64,000 nt of DNA, taken from positions 753,123,158-753,187,157 of the forward strand of contig NC_058130.1 of NCBI RefSeq assembly GCF_016433145.1. The letters run 5' to 3'. The notes under the pieces are model-generated. The model did no database searches, had not been told where the DNA came from, and saw only the letters and a program-made list of their open reading frames with translations. The stretch is from Gracilinanus agilis. Lineage: Eukaryota. Numbering within the stretch: position 1 is the first letter of the stretch; each line of letters opens with the position of its first letter. This document shows positions 24,852 to 37,379 of the stretch, piece by piece. Position numbers and translations under genes: made by a program.

Positions 24852-25567
24852 AAGAAAAAAAGAGGAAGATTTTGGCTGAATGCAAATAAAAACTTCCTAA
24901 TGCTTTAAGCTACCCCAAAGTCGAAAGGGAAGTCTCAAAAAGAAACAGATGTGTCTGTAGGAGATAGCCTACTCAATGGTCTTTCAGTCTTTCCTGCACA
25001 TCACCCCCATATTCATGGTCCCTGAAAGTTTGGTTTGCACTGCTAACACACTCCTCCAGCCTGTCATACTCCATGTGTCATACTGCATATGCTCAGTCTC
25101 TCAAATATGTCCAGCTCTGTCCCTTTCTGGGTAAGTCTTATGTTCCGAAAAAGTTCCCTCTCTTACTTTGCCTGCTGAATTCTGGAAGAGATGGCATGCT
25201 GCAGTGGCACACAGACTTGGGTTTGAATTCCATCTAACTCTTACTAGCAATGTCTGTGAAATAAACACTTCCCTTTCTCAGCTTTTCCTTTCTCACTGGT
25301 AGAATGGAGATAACTGTACCTAACATAGGGCTGTTGTGAGGCTTCAGTGAGATCAACTATATGAAGCTCTTTAAGAAATAAATGTCAGACATAAGCCCTA
25401 GTCATCCTTTACATGCCAACTCTTTCATAAGGCTTTCTCTATTCCCCCCAGGGAGGAGGTAATTTTTCAATCCTAAATAATAGCAACAAACTATAAACAA
25501 GGGCTTATTAAGTTTGCTACTAGTTGACAGTCCATGGATATGACATCAAAAGCCAAATATGCCCTGT

Positions 25568-26265
25568 TGTAAAAGGGGAAACGGGAAAGATCATGGTTGG
25601 AGTGGATATTTAAGAGTTTAGTATGGTTGCCAAGGAATTTAATAAATATCAGTTCCTAATAAAAGAGACCCAAGTCAGGATGACTTTTATGGTGGTTTAT
25701 TTACAATTAGGAAGATTGAAAGGTAGGGAAAATGAGAGAGAGAAACTCTGGCCCAGACCTGAGGCCCAAATCAGATAGGCTTCAGAGGCCCCAGCAGAGG
25801 GGCACAGAGGTTAATTAAACAAGGCTTCTAGCCAACAAGGCCTCCTCTAAGATGAGAGACCTCTTGAGGCTAGAGCTTCCAGAAAAGCCAAGGGATAAAG
25901 GAGAGAGTCAGCCTAACTTACCACGTGACAATTCGAAGAGAAGCAGTCTGAGGTCTCACCAGAGCTCCTCCAACGCCAAGTACAAAAGGGCAAAAGCCCT
26001 TCACAGGAAGTTGCCATCATATTTTTAAAAGATAGCAGCTTTTGTCACTTCCTGAGTCCACCTCCCATTTCACGTGGACAAATGGCAGCCTCAACCCTGT
26101 TCTGGACTGACCAAAGGACAGTCACTTGTTTTTGATTTGTCTCTTACTATCACATGTGGGTCACAGACCTCCCCCTCCCCACTTAATTCTAAGTTGGGTG
26201 GGGTGACATTATTCCTGGTGGCTAAAGTCTAGAGAATGAATGAGGGTGAGCTAATTCCATTTACA
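25568..26265 (-). mobile_element. Solo LTR, 698 bp, same orientation as KNTC1
   Basis: TG...CA ends, near-TSD CCCTGT/CACTGT, minus-strand AATAAA at 25696-25701. Confidence 0.75.
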
Positions 26266-26671
26266 CACTGTACTGCAGAAGTTTACATTCCATCAAGGAA
26301 ATAACATGAGAATAGACAAGTTAATACAAAACATTTTACAAGGTAAATACAAAGAAATTTCAGGGAAGGGAAAGCACCTTCACTCAAGGGAATCAGGAAA
26401 GATCCCACATACATGACATGTACTGGGCTGTGGTTATACAAAAGAAGGATTTAGAAGGGAAAGTATCAGAATACTACTGTTATAAAAAAGGGATATAATA
26501 ATAAAGGCCTGGATTAGGCTGGTGCTATGTGTTCAGGAAGGAAATGGTCAACATGAAAAATACATTATAAAAGAAGAAACAAGACTAAGTCTTAGCTTGA
26601 AAGCAAAAGGAAAAGCAATAATGACAGATGATACTGTGCTTTCACTTCTTGGTGATTTTATAAAAATTGTG

Positions 26672-26881
26672 GGGGCAGCTGGGTAGCTCAGTGGATTGAG
26701 AGCCAGGCCTAGAGATGGGAGGTCCTAGGTTCAAATCCAGCCTCAGACACTTCCCAGCTGTGTGACCCTGGGCAAGTCACTTGACCCCCATTGCCTACCC
26801 TTACCACTCTTCCACCTATAAGTCAATACACAGAAGTTAAGGGTTTAAAATAAAATAAAATAAACAAATAAATAAATAAAT
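26672..26881 (+). mobile_element. Young SINE (SINE1_Mdo-like)
   Basis: (TAAA)n tail; TSD AAATTGTGG. Confidence 0.92.
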
Positions 26882-27078
26882 AAATTGTGGTAGCATTAAT
26901 AGCAGTACAAAAGCTAGAAAGGGCCAATGACTCTGGGAAAGATGGTTCTGTTTAAAACACAATGAACTTGAAGTGATGGTTCATGTTCACACCCTACATG
27001 TCAAACAGGACTGAAGCTCACATGAAAGGAATTATTTTACATATTCACAGTAGATTATTTAAGAAAGCAGAATCTTAC

Positions 27079-27207
27079 CTTCTCAGATGATATCTTGACT
27101 AATGTATCCACTTGATATAAAGTTGTTCCATGTTCTTCTCCTGAGCCAATACTTAGGCAGCCACTTCCTGTGTCATCACTAGTTAGAAGTTCAATATCAT
27201 CCCACAT
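27079..27207 (-). CDS. KNTC1: KNTC1 first coding exon (exon 2), MWDDIELLTSDDTGSG...KISSEK
   Basis: 129 nt matching the recalled human KNTC1 N-terminus (MWNDIELLTNDDTGSG); donor AAG|GTAAG; probable acceptor TTTATTTATCAG places the exon start at 27246. Confidence 0.96.
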
Positions 27208-27675
27208 ATTTGTCAAATTTTCTTTCTGTGATAATGTTTTAAAACACTGATAAATAAATTTTGAAGTTACAACATGATATGGAGCTTTGGTCCTCAAACA
27301 TTTATCCTTCCAGAAGTATGCAGCTTAGATTTTATTTTATTTTTTGAGTTAGGGAAGCCTATAACATCTAACCCACCAGGGCAACCTATTACTGAGAGCC
27401 ACCATGGAAAACTAAAAAGGCTGCTACATTTGAAATCAAAGGTCCTGAGTTCAAATTCCTGTTTTGCCCAGCTAGATAACTTTAGCCAAGATGCTTCATC
27501 TCTCTGGGCTAATTTTCTCCAAAGGAGATTAGATGAGCTCTAAGGTTCCTTCCAATTCTAAACCTATGATTCAGCAAAATATGCCAAAGAGTTTTGGAAT
27601 CTGAAATCAGAAAAAATTTGAATTTAAATCCCACCCATAGAAGTCATTTATTCTCATCTGTAAAATGAGATAATC

Positions 27676-27872
27676 GAGGGCAGCTGGGTAGCTCAGTGGA
27701 TTGAGAGCCAAGCCTAGAGACGGAGGTCCTAGGTTCAAATCCGACCTCAGACACTTCCCAGCTATGTGACCCTGGGCAAGTCACTTGACCCCTATTGCCT
27801 ACCCTTACCACTCTTCAGCCATGGAGCCAATACACAATATTGACTCCAAGACAGAAGGTATGGGTTTAAAAA
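27676..27872 (+). mobile_element. SINE nested in a MIR-like element
   Basis: TSD AAAATGAGATAATC. Confidence 0.9.
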
Positions 27873-30111
27873 AAAATGAGATAATCTATGAGGTTCCTAC
27901 CTCAAACAGTTGTTAGATCAAAATATTAATATATGTTAATTACTTTGCAATCCTATTGAGTGCTAGAAAGCAGGAGCTCAAAGACTCCTAGCCTCAGTAA
28001 ATAAACCTCAGAGATTGTCCAGTCCAACCTCTTATTACCAACCACTAAGATTCCATTGTGTAACTGATTATTCATGGGTATCACACTAACAAGTTTTGAT
28101 CATAAGGCTTAAGAGTTGGATGAGGCCTAGAACATATCATCTAGTCCTCTCATTTCATAGCTGAAGAAGCTGAAAAGAGATTGAGTCAGCTTGCCCAGTG
28201 CTACAATGATAGGAAGTTACAGAGCCAGGATTTTAACTGAAGTCTTCTGTCCCCTATTGTGTTCCTCCACTACACAACTATAATCAATGCTGAACATAAC
28301 AGAATAATTTCATATAAACACACAAAAAAAGGGAGCTGCGTTGAAAGTGATTTTTTTCAAAAACTTGGATGGATCTATTATGTAGACTTTTTTGTGACCT
28401 TAGGAAAGTCCTTTCCCCTTTCTGAGACCATTTCCCAATCTGTAAAATCAAGGGATCAGTTCAGAAGTTCCCTTCCAATTTAGTTTCTAAATCCAGGATT
28501 GTAAATGGGCAGCTGGCCCAGCTTAGAGGATATTGTTGAGTAGGGTGGGGAGTGGGAACATTTTAATACAGTGACCTACAGTCATAGCATTCAAAATCAG
28601 GGGAGAATATGAGTTCACTTAGTCTGACTGACAACTAAAATAAGAATTCCCTTTTCCAATATTGCATATTTGCCAATATAGACAAGTCTTTATTCTAAGT
28701 AGCACAGGACCTAAAAGTCAGGAAGACCTGAGTTCAATTCCAGCCTAAGACATTTATCAGATGTGGGGATCTATTTGCCTCAGTTTCCTCACTTGTAAAT
28801 TAGAAATAATAATGGCACTTTCCTCCCAAGCTCAAGGTAAGGATCAAATGAGATCACACATGTAAAGCTCTCTACAAACTTGTGTTATATAATAATAATA
28901 AATAATATACAATTTTTAAAACATGCTATATAAATTTCAGCTATTATTATTGGGGCAGTTAAGTGCTATAGGGGATAGAGCACAGGAAACTATTTTATAA
29001 ATGTTTACTGACTGAGAGCAAGGACTCTTTTTCCTCTAGCACCTGGCAGAGAGTTTGTTTGACACCAGTAAGCACTTAATAAGGGAAGCTAGGTGGTGAA
29101 GTGGATAGAGCATTGGGCCTAGAATCAGGAAGATCTAAATCTAAATTCAGCTCCTGACACTAGCTATATGATCTTGGGCAAGTCACTTAACCCTGATTTG
29201 CCTCAGTTTCCTCATCTATAAAAAGGGGTCACAATGGAGAAGAACATGGCAAAGCACTCCAGGATCTCTACCAAGAAAATCTCTCAGATTTATGAGAAAG
29301 AACTGTGGAAGTAGAAATGGCAGAAGAAAAACATGACTTATTACTTGCTTATATGGGTATATGATTTGGGATTTTGGTTCTAAAAGATTACTCTTTTGCA
29401 AAAATGAATAATTTGGAAATAGGTATCAAGTGATGACATTTGTATAACCCAGTGGAATTGTTTATCGGTTCCAGGAGGTGGGAGGGAAAGAAAATGAATC
29501 ATGCAAAGCTGGAAAAATATTTTTAAAATAAAAATAAAATCCCTCAGAGGTAGAGTGGACCAAGACTAAACAATAAACAACAAAAATCCTATCTAAATTT
29601 TTCCTTACATGAGCTGAAATCTGCCTCTCAGCAGTCTCCATAGTCTATTCCCTATGTCACCTGGTTCTGCCTATGGGCAGTTTAAACCTCCTTCCACACA
29701 AGAAATACCTTCAAGTATCTTAAGGCATGTCTTGGACCAGGTTTGTCCTTTCTTGGTTCTTCCAAACGATCCATACATATATATGCATTTTTAGAAAACT
29801 CTTACCTTCTGTCTTAGAATCAATACTGTGCATTGGTTCCAAGACAGAGTAGAGGTATGGGTTGGGGTTGTGGCTTGCCCGGGTCACACAGTTGGAAAGT
29901 GGCCAAATTTGAACTCAAGACCTCCCGTCTCCAGGCCTGGCTCTCTACCCACAAAGTCATCTAGCTGCCCCTCAATCAACATTTATTAAGCGTCTGCTGT
30001 ATACCTGGCACCGTGCTAAGCGCAGAAGATACAAAGAGACAAAAGACAGCAGTTATCCTCAAAGAGCTTTCAATCTCTACGTCTTCGGTAGAAACGGCTC
30101 GCCCTCCTCAC

Positions 30112-30240
30112 CTGAGACCGCGTGGAGAAGGTAGGAGGGCCTCAGAAGCAATGACCTTAGTCTGCGTATCCCAAACCGCACCTCCGCCTCTCAACCGCCA
30201 CGAATCCGCACCGTCCCTGCCCCCCACTCCTAGCTCTCAA
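30112..30240 (-). other. KNTC1: KNTC1 non-coding exon 1 (TSS approximate)
   Basis: Minus-strand donor CTCAG|GTGAGG at 30112/30111 at the edge of the CpG island; no ATG in the segment; 5' end inferred from nearby promoter motifs. Confidence 0.65.
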
Positions 30241-30668
30241 ACTTTAAATTGGCGGGAGAAATCCCGATCCAACCCTTTGCTACGGCGGCCAGAGCAGGCC
30301 AATGCTCGCCGAAAAGCGAAGGCAAACCCGCCCAGTTCTCATCTTTTCCATTCGTCCCTCCAGAAGACCGCCTCCCCAGCTCGTTCGGGCCCCGCCCCTT
30401 CTTCTCGTTTCCCGTCTCCCCACCCCCTTCGAAAGAATGACCAATCGCTGCCGCGAGTCGCGTTGCCGTAGTAACTCTTGTCCCCACCCCCTACTTCGTC
30501 CCGCCCCCAGGATGCTTTGCGGCGCCCCAGGCCCCAGCCCCTTTGTGCCATCCGGGTCTCTGGCGCGAGCGGCTTAGTCAGTCAGCGGCGAAGCTTTGGC
30601 GGCGGCGGCGGGTACTGGTGAGAGCGGCGGGTGGAGGCGCGGCCCCAGCGGCCAGGATTCTGTGAAAC

Positions 30669-30674
30669 ATGGCG
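30669..30674 (+). CDS. RSRC2: RSRC2 exon 1 coding part (ATG GCG)
   Basis: AAAC ATG GCG|GTAAGT; 6-nt coding first exon joins exon 2 to give MAASDTERDG as in human. Confidence 0.93.
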
Positions 30675-33444
30675 GTAAGTTGTGAATCGTAGAGCGGGAA
30701 CCGAGCCGGGGAAAGGGGAAGGAAAGGCTGCTCCGCCAGGAGGGGAGGCCTGACTGTCGCGGGAAGGAGTGCGCGTCCGTGGGTTTGGACAAAATGGCGC
30801 TGCGGTCTCCTCCAGGCCCCGCCATCATGGCTGCCTGCCGGAGAGTGGGGGAGGCGAGGCGGTGCCGGCCGAGCAGGAAGGTGGGGGGGGCCGCTGGGAG
30901 TGCGTGCTTCCAGAACTTTCCTGGCGGCACCCCGCGGCCCCTGGGCTGGCAGGGCAGGTATAGCTTGATACTGCTCGGCCCTCTGAATGGGGGTGGGGAG
31001 AAGGTGATGGTGCAGCCTAAGGAGGAGGAGGAGGAGGAAGACGGGAAACTGGGACGCGGGGGCTCCCTCGGCCTCTTTTTCTTCGGGTGGGGGGAGGCGG
31101 TGTCTACATAGGAAATGGGAGAAGAAAGAAGTAAGCTGGGCCTAGACAGCCCCCCTGGCTGCTGCTGTTACTGCCCTCGCACATGAAAGCGCCCTGGGGA
31201 ACCCATCCTGACCAGCGTTTGTTTTGTGCGTGTGTCGGGATCGGAGCCAGGTAAACTTGGCCGAAGGGAGTTGGGGAGGCGCAGGTGTCCCTGATAGAAG
31301 CCATTGATCAGACCTGGAGGGGACACTCCAGGTTCCCTCTCATTTTCCTAGGATTTGCATACAGCTGGAATCAACTTTTTTTTTTTTTTGAAAGGTCATC
31401 CAGACCAGGCCCTTCATTTTCCGGGGATTACTCATTTTTCCCTTGAAAGGGCTTTTTTCCTTCTCCATTCCCAAGCTCTTTTCATAAAATATTTGATTTC
31501 CACCTTGAAAGGCTTTTAAAAGATCATCTTTTCCAAGTCCTTCCATTTCATAACATCATAGATTTAGAAATGGAAAGGATTTTAGAGGTCGTCCAGTCTC
31601 CCTATTAAGAAGCCATCGAGTCTTGAGTTCGTATATATTTTCAGGAATGAACTTTAGAGGTCATCTAATACCCTCGTTTTCATAGAATCATAGATTTTAT
31701 ATCTGATGGGGACCTTGGAGGCCATCCAGTCTGATCCCCTTTTCATAAGCTGAAGATTTACAGCTAGAAGGGACCTTAAATTCTAGTCCCACTCCCTCTC
31801 GTTTTTACAGATGAAGAATGTGAACTAAAGCAGGTTCATGGACTTGCTCAAAGACCACATAAGTAAGCAGCTGATGATACAAGATTCGAACTCCAGTTGT
31901 CTGAATCCAAGGCTCTTAACATTATACTCTGCTGTTCTTTCTAAGATCCGAATTGTGAAAGGTAGATAGATATTGTGCCTCTGTCAGGGTTTGCCCTATA
32001 TATGTGGCTAGATTTGGATCTATAAATCTAAAAGACTTCTCTCTTCAGTGTTATTTTGTACAATTTCTTTTAAGGCTCTCTTTATCTTAATCTCCAAATT
32101 ACATTGATCTCGTCCTTCCTTATTTTAAGTACTGTACTCTAGTTACCTTCCTTGAACAACAAGTTTGTATTGTTCATAGGACACCACACTGATTACATAA
32201 TTTCTGTTTGTCTTCTGACAAAAATGTGTGAGCTTTTTACGTTCCTTTCTGCTGACAGGTAGAGGGGAAATCTCTTCTGTGAAAAAATTTTTGGATAAAT
32301 GTTATCTTTTCTAAGATGTCTTCTCCCCACCCCCAATAATCTAAGAGTATATAAACACTGTGCCTGGCACATAGTATGTATTTATATGCTTTTAAAATTA
32401 ATGCATATATGCAGTTAAGATCTATTGCCTTGATTCTCTCTGGCATTAAGCTGTTCTCCTTTCCCTAACCTTTCTAGCTGTAGCCTTAAAATAGTTTTTA
32501 AGAATATTAGGAGTTATAAGTATTGATTACACTAGCTATATATGACCAGGAAGTTAGAATCACATTTTCAAATAGCAGTTTGTTGCCTCTTTTTTCTCAA
32601 ATGAGTACATAATTAAGTGTGTAAAAATAACTAGCTGAAGCATCTCTTGGAACTAGGTTTTGTTTCAGTGAACTGTCTTTCATTCTTAGAACTATGGAAC
32701 AAAATGTTAAACTGTCAGATATCTTATATCTAAGTAAACTTTTTCCTGGTTTATTCCTTATAAAAATACTATCTATGCATATTTCCAGTAAATGAGACCA
32801 TGATCTTTGACAGTGCCTGTTCTACTAAAATGACATCAAGCAGCAACAATCTGTTTCAATTACAAGTTTGTATGAGATTTCATACTCCAAATAGAAAATT
32901 GTTGATGCTTTTTCTCAGTAGCTTTAAAGCTAAGGGAATTTATCTTTCTACAGTAACAAATTTCTGTTAACTTGATATATATATGTAATTAACTTTATTT
33001 TCTATCCCAGAAGTCACAGTTACCAGTTCATAGTTCCTACTTAATTATTGATTGCTGGTACTTATATTCTTTTTATCAGCTAATGGTTTTCTTTTCTCTA
33101 TAGGATAAGTAAATGCCAATAACTCTAAAGACTTTGGGTTGCTTTTGGGGACAGGGCATGTGATAATTCTGGTAATTAGTTCTACCCCCAAAGATGTTCC
33201 TCTCAATCAGGGAAGTGATTGGATTGATTTAGGACCAACAAAAAAGATTTACATATAAGGAAACTTGAGTCCCAGGTAGGTAGAGTGACTTGCCCAAGAT
33301 CCCTAGGGTAAGTGCCTGATGAATTGGGTTTTGAACTCACATCCAGATGATCAAGCTCAAGCATTTATTAAATGACTACCTACTCTGTCTTGCAAGGTGT
33401 TACACTCTTAAAATGAAGGAAGATGATTTATGTTATTGTCTCTT

Positions 33445-33641
33445 TTTATTTATTTGTTTGTTTGTTTTAAGATTTTGAGCCCTTAACTTCTGTGTATTGG
33501 CTCCAAGGCAGAAGAGTGGCAATGGGGTCAAGTGACTTGCCCAGGGTCACACAGCTGGGAAGTGTCTGAGGCCGGATTTGAACCTAGGACCTCCCGTCTC
33601 TAGGCCTGACTCTCAATCCACTGAGCTACCCAGCTGCCCCC
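33445..33641 (-). mobile_element. Young SINE in RSRC2 intron 1
   Basis: 16-bp TSD TATGTTATTGTCTCTT. Confidence 0.9.
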
Positions 33642-34898
33642 TATGTTATTGTCTCTTACTATGACATATAGATTCCTCAGCTTGATATTAAAGCTCTTTA
33701 CATTCTGATTCCAACTTACCTTTCCAGATTTCTTTTTTTTTTTTTTTTTTTTCTCTTCTGCTAAATTATTCCCCCTATCTTCCTCCATTCCCAGCTGGTT
33801 GTATACTCCTTGAAGTGAGGAACATTGTTTTTCCTTTTTTCTCTAGCCTACTGCCTAGGCACCTTGAAACACCCTATTCCTTAATGACTTTATAATTTAA
33901 CTGGGAGATAAAACATACAGCTAGGTAATAATAGATATTCTAAAGTAATGAATTGTAAAGATTGAAGTTGAATAAGGACAAACTAGGGATGATTATAAAA
34001 TAAGTAAACTTTTGTTCTAGTCAGAGTCAGGCACCTAAAATCATCCATAGATTTTTAATAAGATTTTGAGTGGAAACTGTTGTTGAGCCAAGTTTCTGAC
34101 ATTCAAACCCTATGTCAGTGTTGTCAGACTCAAATAGAAGTAGAGGCCACTGAGCCATTCATAAGGATCTCTGAGAGCTGCATATTGACCTAGAAAACCA
34201 CATGGTAATATTACCTATATTATGGATGGGTATTTTTGTTTATTTGTTTTTGTTGACTATTACCCAGTATTATTTTAATCTAGGGTTTGAGCACCATGAG
34301 TTTTGACACCTTTGCCCTATATAATCTATCCCACCTTGGCTCTCTTAACTTCTTCTACTGCTTCCGAACCCAATCCCGTATGTCATCTTCCAGGTCCCAT
34401 TGTATATGTGCACACAATCATTCGTTGCCATTTTTATCCGTCTTTAGGGACCTTTGCTAACATTGCACACCTTTACCCTTTTATCTAAATCGTATTTCAT
34501 TTTTCAAGCCAACAGCTCAGATCCTCTTTCCAAAATAAAGTCTATGAAACTAAGTTCCAGCTTTAAAGCCTAATGTACTTGAGAAGTAGATTTTTATTTT
34601 TATTTATTTATTTATTTATTTTTTAATTTTCTTTATGGAGCATCTGGGTGGCTCAGTGGATTGAGAACCAAGCCTAGGTCCTAGATTCAAATCTAACCAC
34701 AGATGCTACTTCCTAGCTGTGTGACCCTGGGCAAGTCACTTAACCTTCATTGCCTAGCCCTTACTGCTTCTTCTGCCTTAGAACAGATACATAGTATTGG
34801 TTCTAAGGCGTAACGGTAAGGGTTTGGTGTTTTTTGTTTGTTTAATGTTCTTTAGCTGAAATACCTAGTTTAGTATTCAATATGCTTGTTGATATGAT

Positions 34899-34942
34899 AA
34901 TAGCTTTCACCAAAAACTTCAGAGTTTTTGGTGAAAGCTATT
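34899..34942. repeat. Perfect 20-bp inverted repeat with 4-nt loop
   Basis: AATAGCTTTCACCAAAAACT-TCAG-AGTTTTTGGTGAAAGCTATT. Confidence 0.97.
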
Positions 34943-36051
34943 TGAATTGATAACTAGAGGAAATTAATTTCTATCACCTGGACAGAATCCATTCTATGCA
35001 GCTTGGTGTTGTGGTAGATAGTTCAGGTTGGGCCTGACTGAAGTCAGAAAAAATCATCTTCCTGAGTTCAAATATGGCCTCAGACATTTCCTAGCTGTGA
35101 GATCTTGGGCAAATCACTTTACCGTTTACCTCCATTTCCTCATATGTCAAAAAAACTGGAGAATGAAATGACAAACCATTCCAGGATCTTTTGAATTCCA
35201 GGAATTTTGAATGAAAAGTATTTACTAAGTGCTTAATGTGTGCCCAGCATTGTGTTGTGAATACAGATATTAAAGCAAAACATAGATATTCAAATCTGGC
35301 CTCAGATACTTCCTAGCTGTGTGACCCTAGGCAAGTCACTTAACCCACTCCACCCCATTCCCTATCCCTGTTGCCTAGCCCTTATCAATCTTCTGCCTTG
35401 GAACCAATACACATTATTGATTCTAAGATAGAGGTAAAAGTTTAAAAAAAAAAAAAAAGACATTGCCCTCAGAAAGCTTCTGATAGGGGAAAATAATAAT
35501 GGAATGGTAGCCAAAGGAGGTGTGTTGTTCTGCAACTTTTATAGTTCTAGAGTTTCTTATAGATATAATCAATGCTTACGAGAGGGTAAGTGAATGATCT
35601 CAAGCAATATAGCCAGTGTATCAAGAGTAGGAATTTGAACCCAGGTCTTCCTGCCTCTTGAGTCCTGTTCAAACTGATTTATAATTAATACATATAACTA
35701 CATTGGTCTAGATTTGTATGAATCAATAGCAGGATCAGAACCTAAATAATAATGAATAAACTGGTAACTCCTTATTAACTCAAAATTAAACATTGAGTTT
35801 TTTTTTTAATTCAACACACATTGACAATGTCTATGATTAGTCTGTATATCTTCCTTTTCCCTCACGCCAAAAAAGTCAGTCGCTTCCTCTCAAGGACCTT
35901 TTATTTGGAAGAAAACCTTTTCTGATCTGCTTGCTTCTTGGAATCAAAACATCCCTTGGATATATGTATTTTGTAAATAAGCCAGGATGATTATGTTTAT
36001 TTTAAATAACATGAAAAACTTTACAGTAATCATTGTTCCCTAAACATTTAG

Positions 36052-36208
36052 GCTAGTGACACAGAACGAGATGGAATAGCCACAGAAAAGTCATCTCCAG
36101 ATAGAGATAAAAAAAAGGAGCAGTCAGATGCCTCTGTTTCTCCTAGAGCTTCAAAACATCATTATTCAAGATCACGATCAAGGTCAAGAGAAAGAAAACG
36201 AAAATCAG
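36052..36208 (+). CDS. RSRC2: RSRC2 exon 2, ASDTERDGIATEKSSPDRDKKKEQ...RERKRKS
   Basis: 157 nt, TTTAG acceptor, CAG|GTATGA donor. Confidence 0.97.
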
Positions 36209-37335
36209 GTATGAATATTCTGAAGAGCTACTTCACAGTATTTACTATATTCTCTGTATAGGCTTCATATAAATTATTCCAATATTTGATTATTAGTTTA
36301 ATATTTTCATCAACTTGACCAAAAGTTTAAAATGAAGGCATTTTTCATATTCCCTGGCTCAGATCTGTGTGATGTAAGCACCCTGATATCTGAGTTTTCA
36401 TAACTTGCCTTAACCCAGAAGCAGTATTGCTATTTGTTCCTCCCCAGATTTTCTGTCTCCTCAGAAGTATTCTGTTTTGAAAGTGCTAACTGACCATTAG
36501 TTGTGCCATACAATATTACTTATGAAACTGTAAATAATGCCTACATGGGGAGAAGGGTGATATGTGGAGAAATAGTCAATTAATAACCTAAATCAAAAAT
36601 ACTTTGATATTATTTGAATCCATACATTGACAGTGGGTAAGTATTTACCTTATATAATAATACCTCAAATTTTAAAGTAGTAAAGCTAATCTGGAAAACT
36701 GTTGGCTTTTTATTGAAATTTTTGTCCAAAAGAGTACATATTTTGCTCTGTTTAATCTTTTTCTTAATAACTTAAACTCATTAAAAACTTCTAAGATAAG
36801 CCATATCTTAAAGAGCTGCTGAGATATGTTGCCATTATACTAAGTAGCTTTGGGCTTCTCTGATTTTTGAGGTTAGGTTTTTTGTTGGGTTTTTTTTGTT
36901 TGTTTGTTTGCTTGTTTTTGTTTTTTCCTACATACCTAAAGCAGGCTACTTCTAATTTGCTGCCTATAATCTGTGAGCTAGAAAACTTAACACTTAATCT
37001 TCTAAGAATGGTCTTTATAGTAAAATAGAAAGAGAGGCTGGTTCTTCTCAGTTAAAGGTGTTCAAGGTTCAAGGATTTGTGGCTTTTTTTCAAACTGAGA
37101 GCCTTTAAAAAAAATTGGTTATGAGATTTAAATAATTTAAATTGTCAGATAAAGTGTCTGTATAAAACCTGTATAGATAACAATAAATGGGCAAACAGAA
37201 GTTAAAATCTCAGTCTTTGGAAAGTGATCTATAAACAGGACCTCTGTAGAATTTGTTTTAATGTTTAATAAAATATTTTAAGACTATTTTACTAAGCACT
37301 TGCTTGAATTAGTGATTTTTTTTTTCTTCCCATAG

Positions 37336-37379
37336 ATAACGAAGGAAGAAAACACAGAAGCCGGAGCAGAAGCAAAGAG
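37336..37379 (+). CDS. RSRC2: RSRC2 exon 3, (D)NEGRKHRSRSRSKE
   Basis: 44 nt, polypyrimidine+CATAG acceptor, GAG|GTAATT donor. Confidence 0.96.

Larger units (their letters stand above)
30060..31320. promoter_or_regulatory. CpG island / bidirectional promoter shared by KNTC1 (-) and RSRC2 (+)
   Basis: Sharp rise in GC and CpG; CCAAT at 30299-30303 and 30441-30445; GC boxes (~30389, ~30500); TTTAAA next to TTGGCGGGA at 30243-30257 (CHR/E2F-like); X-box-like GTTGCCGTAGTAAC 30462-30475; YY1-like ACATGGCGG at the RSRC2 start and AAAATGGCG at 30791. Confidence 0.9.

Noticed and set aside
27208-27297. In-frame upstream extension of KNTC1 (MRTKAPYH...)
   Set aside because: Crosses the probable exon-2 acceptor at 27246/27247; homology to human starts at MWDD
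30013-31304. Many overlapping 60-150 aa ORFs on both strands
   Set aside because: Stop-codon-poor CpG island; low-complexity Pro/Arg/Gly translations with no recognisable homology
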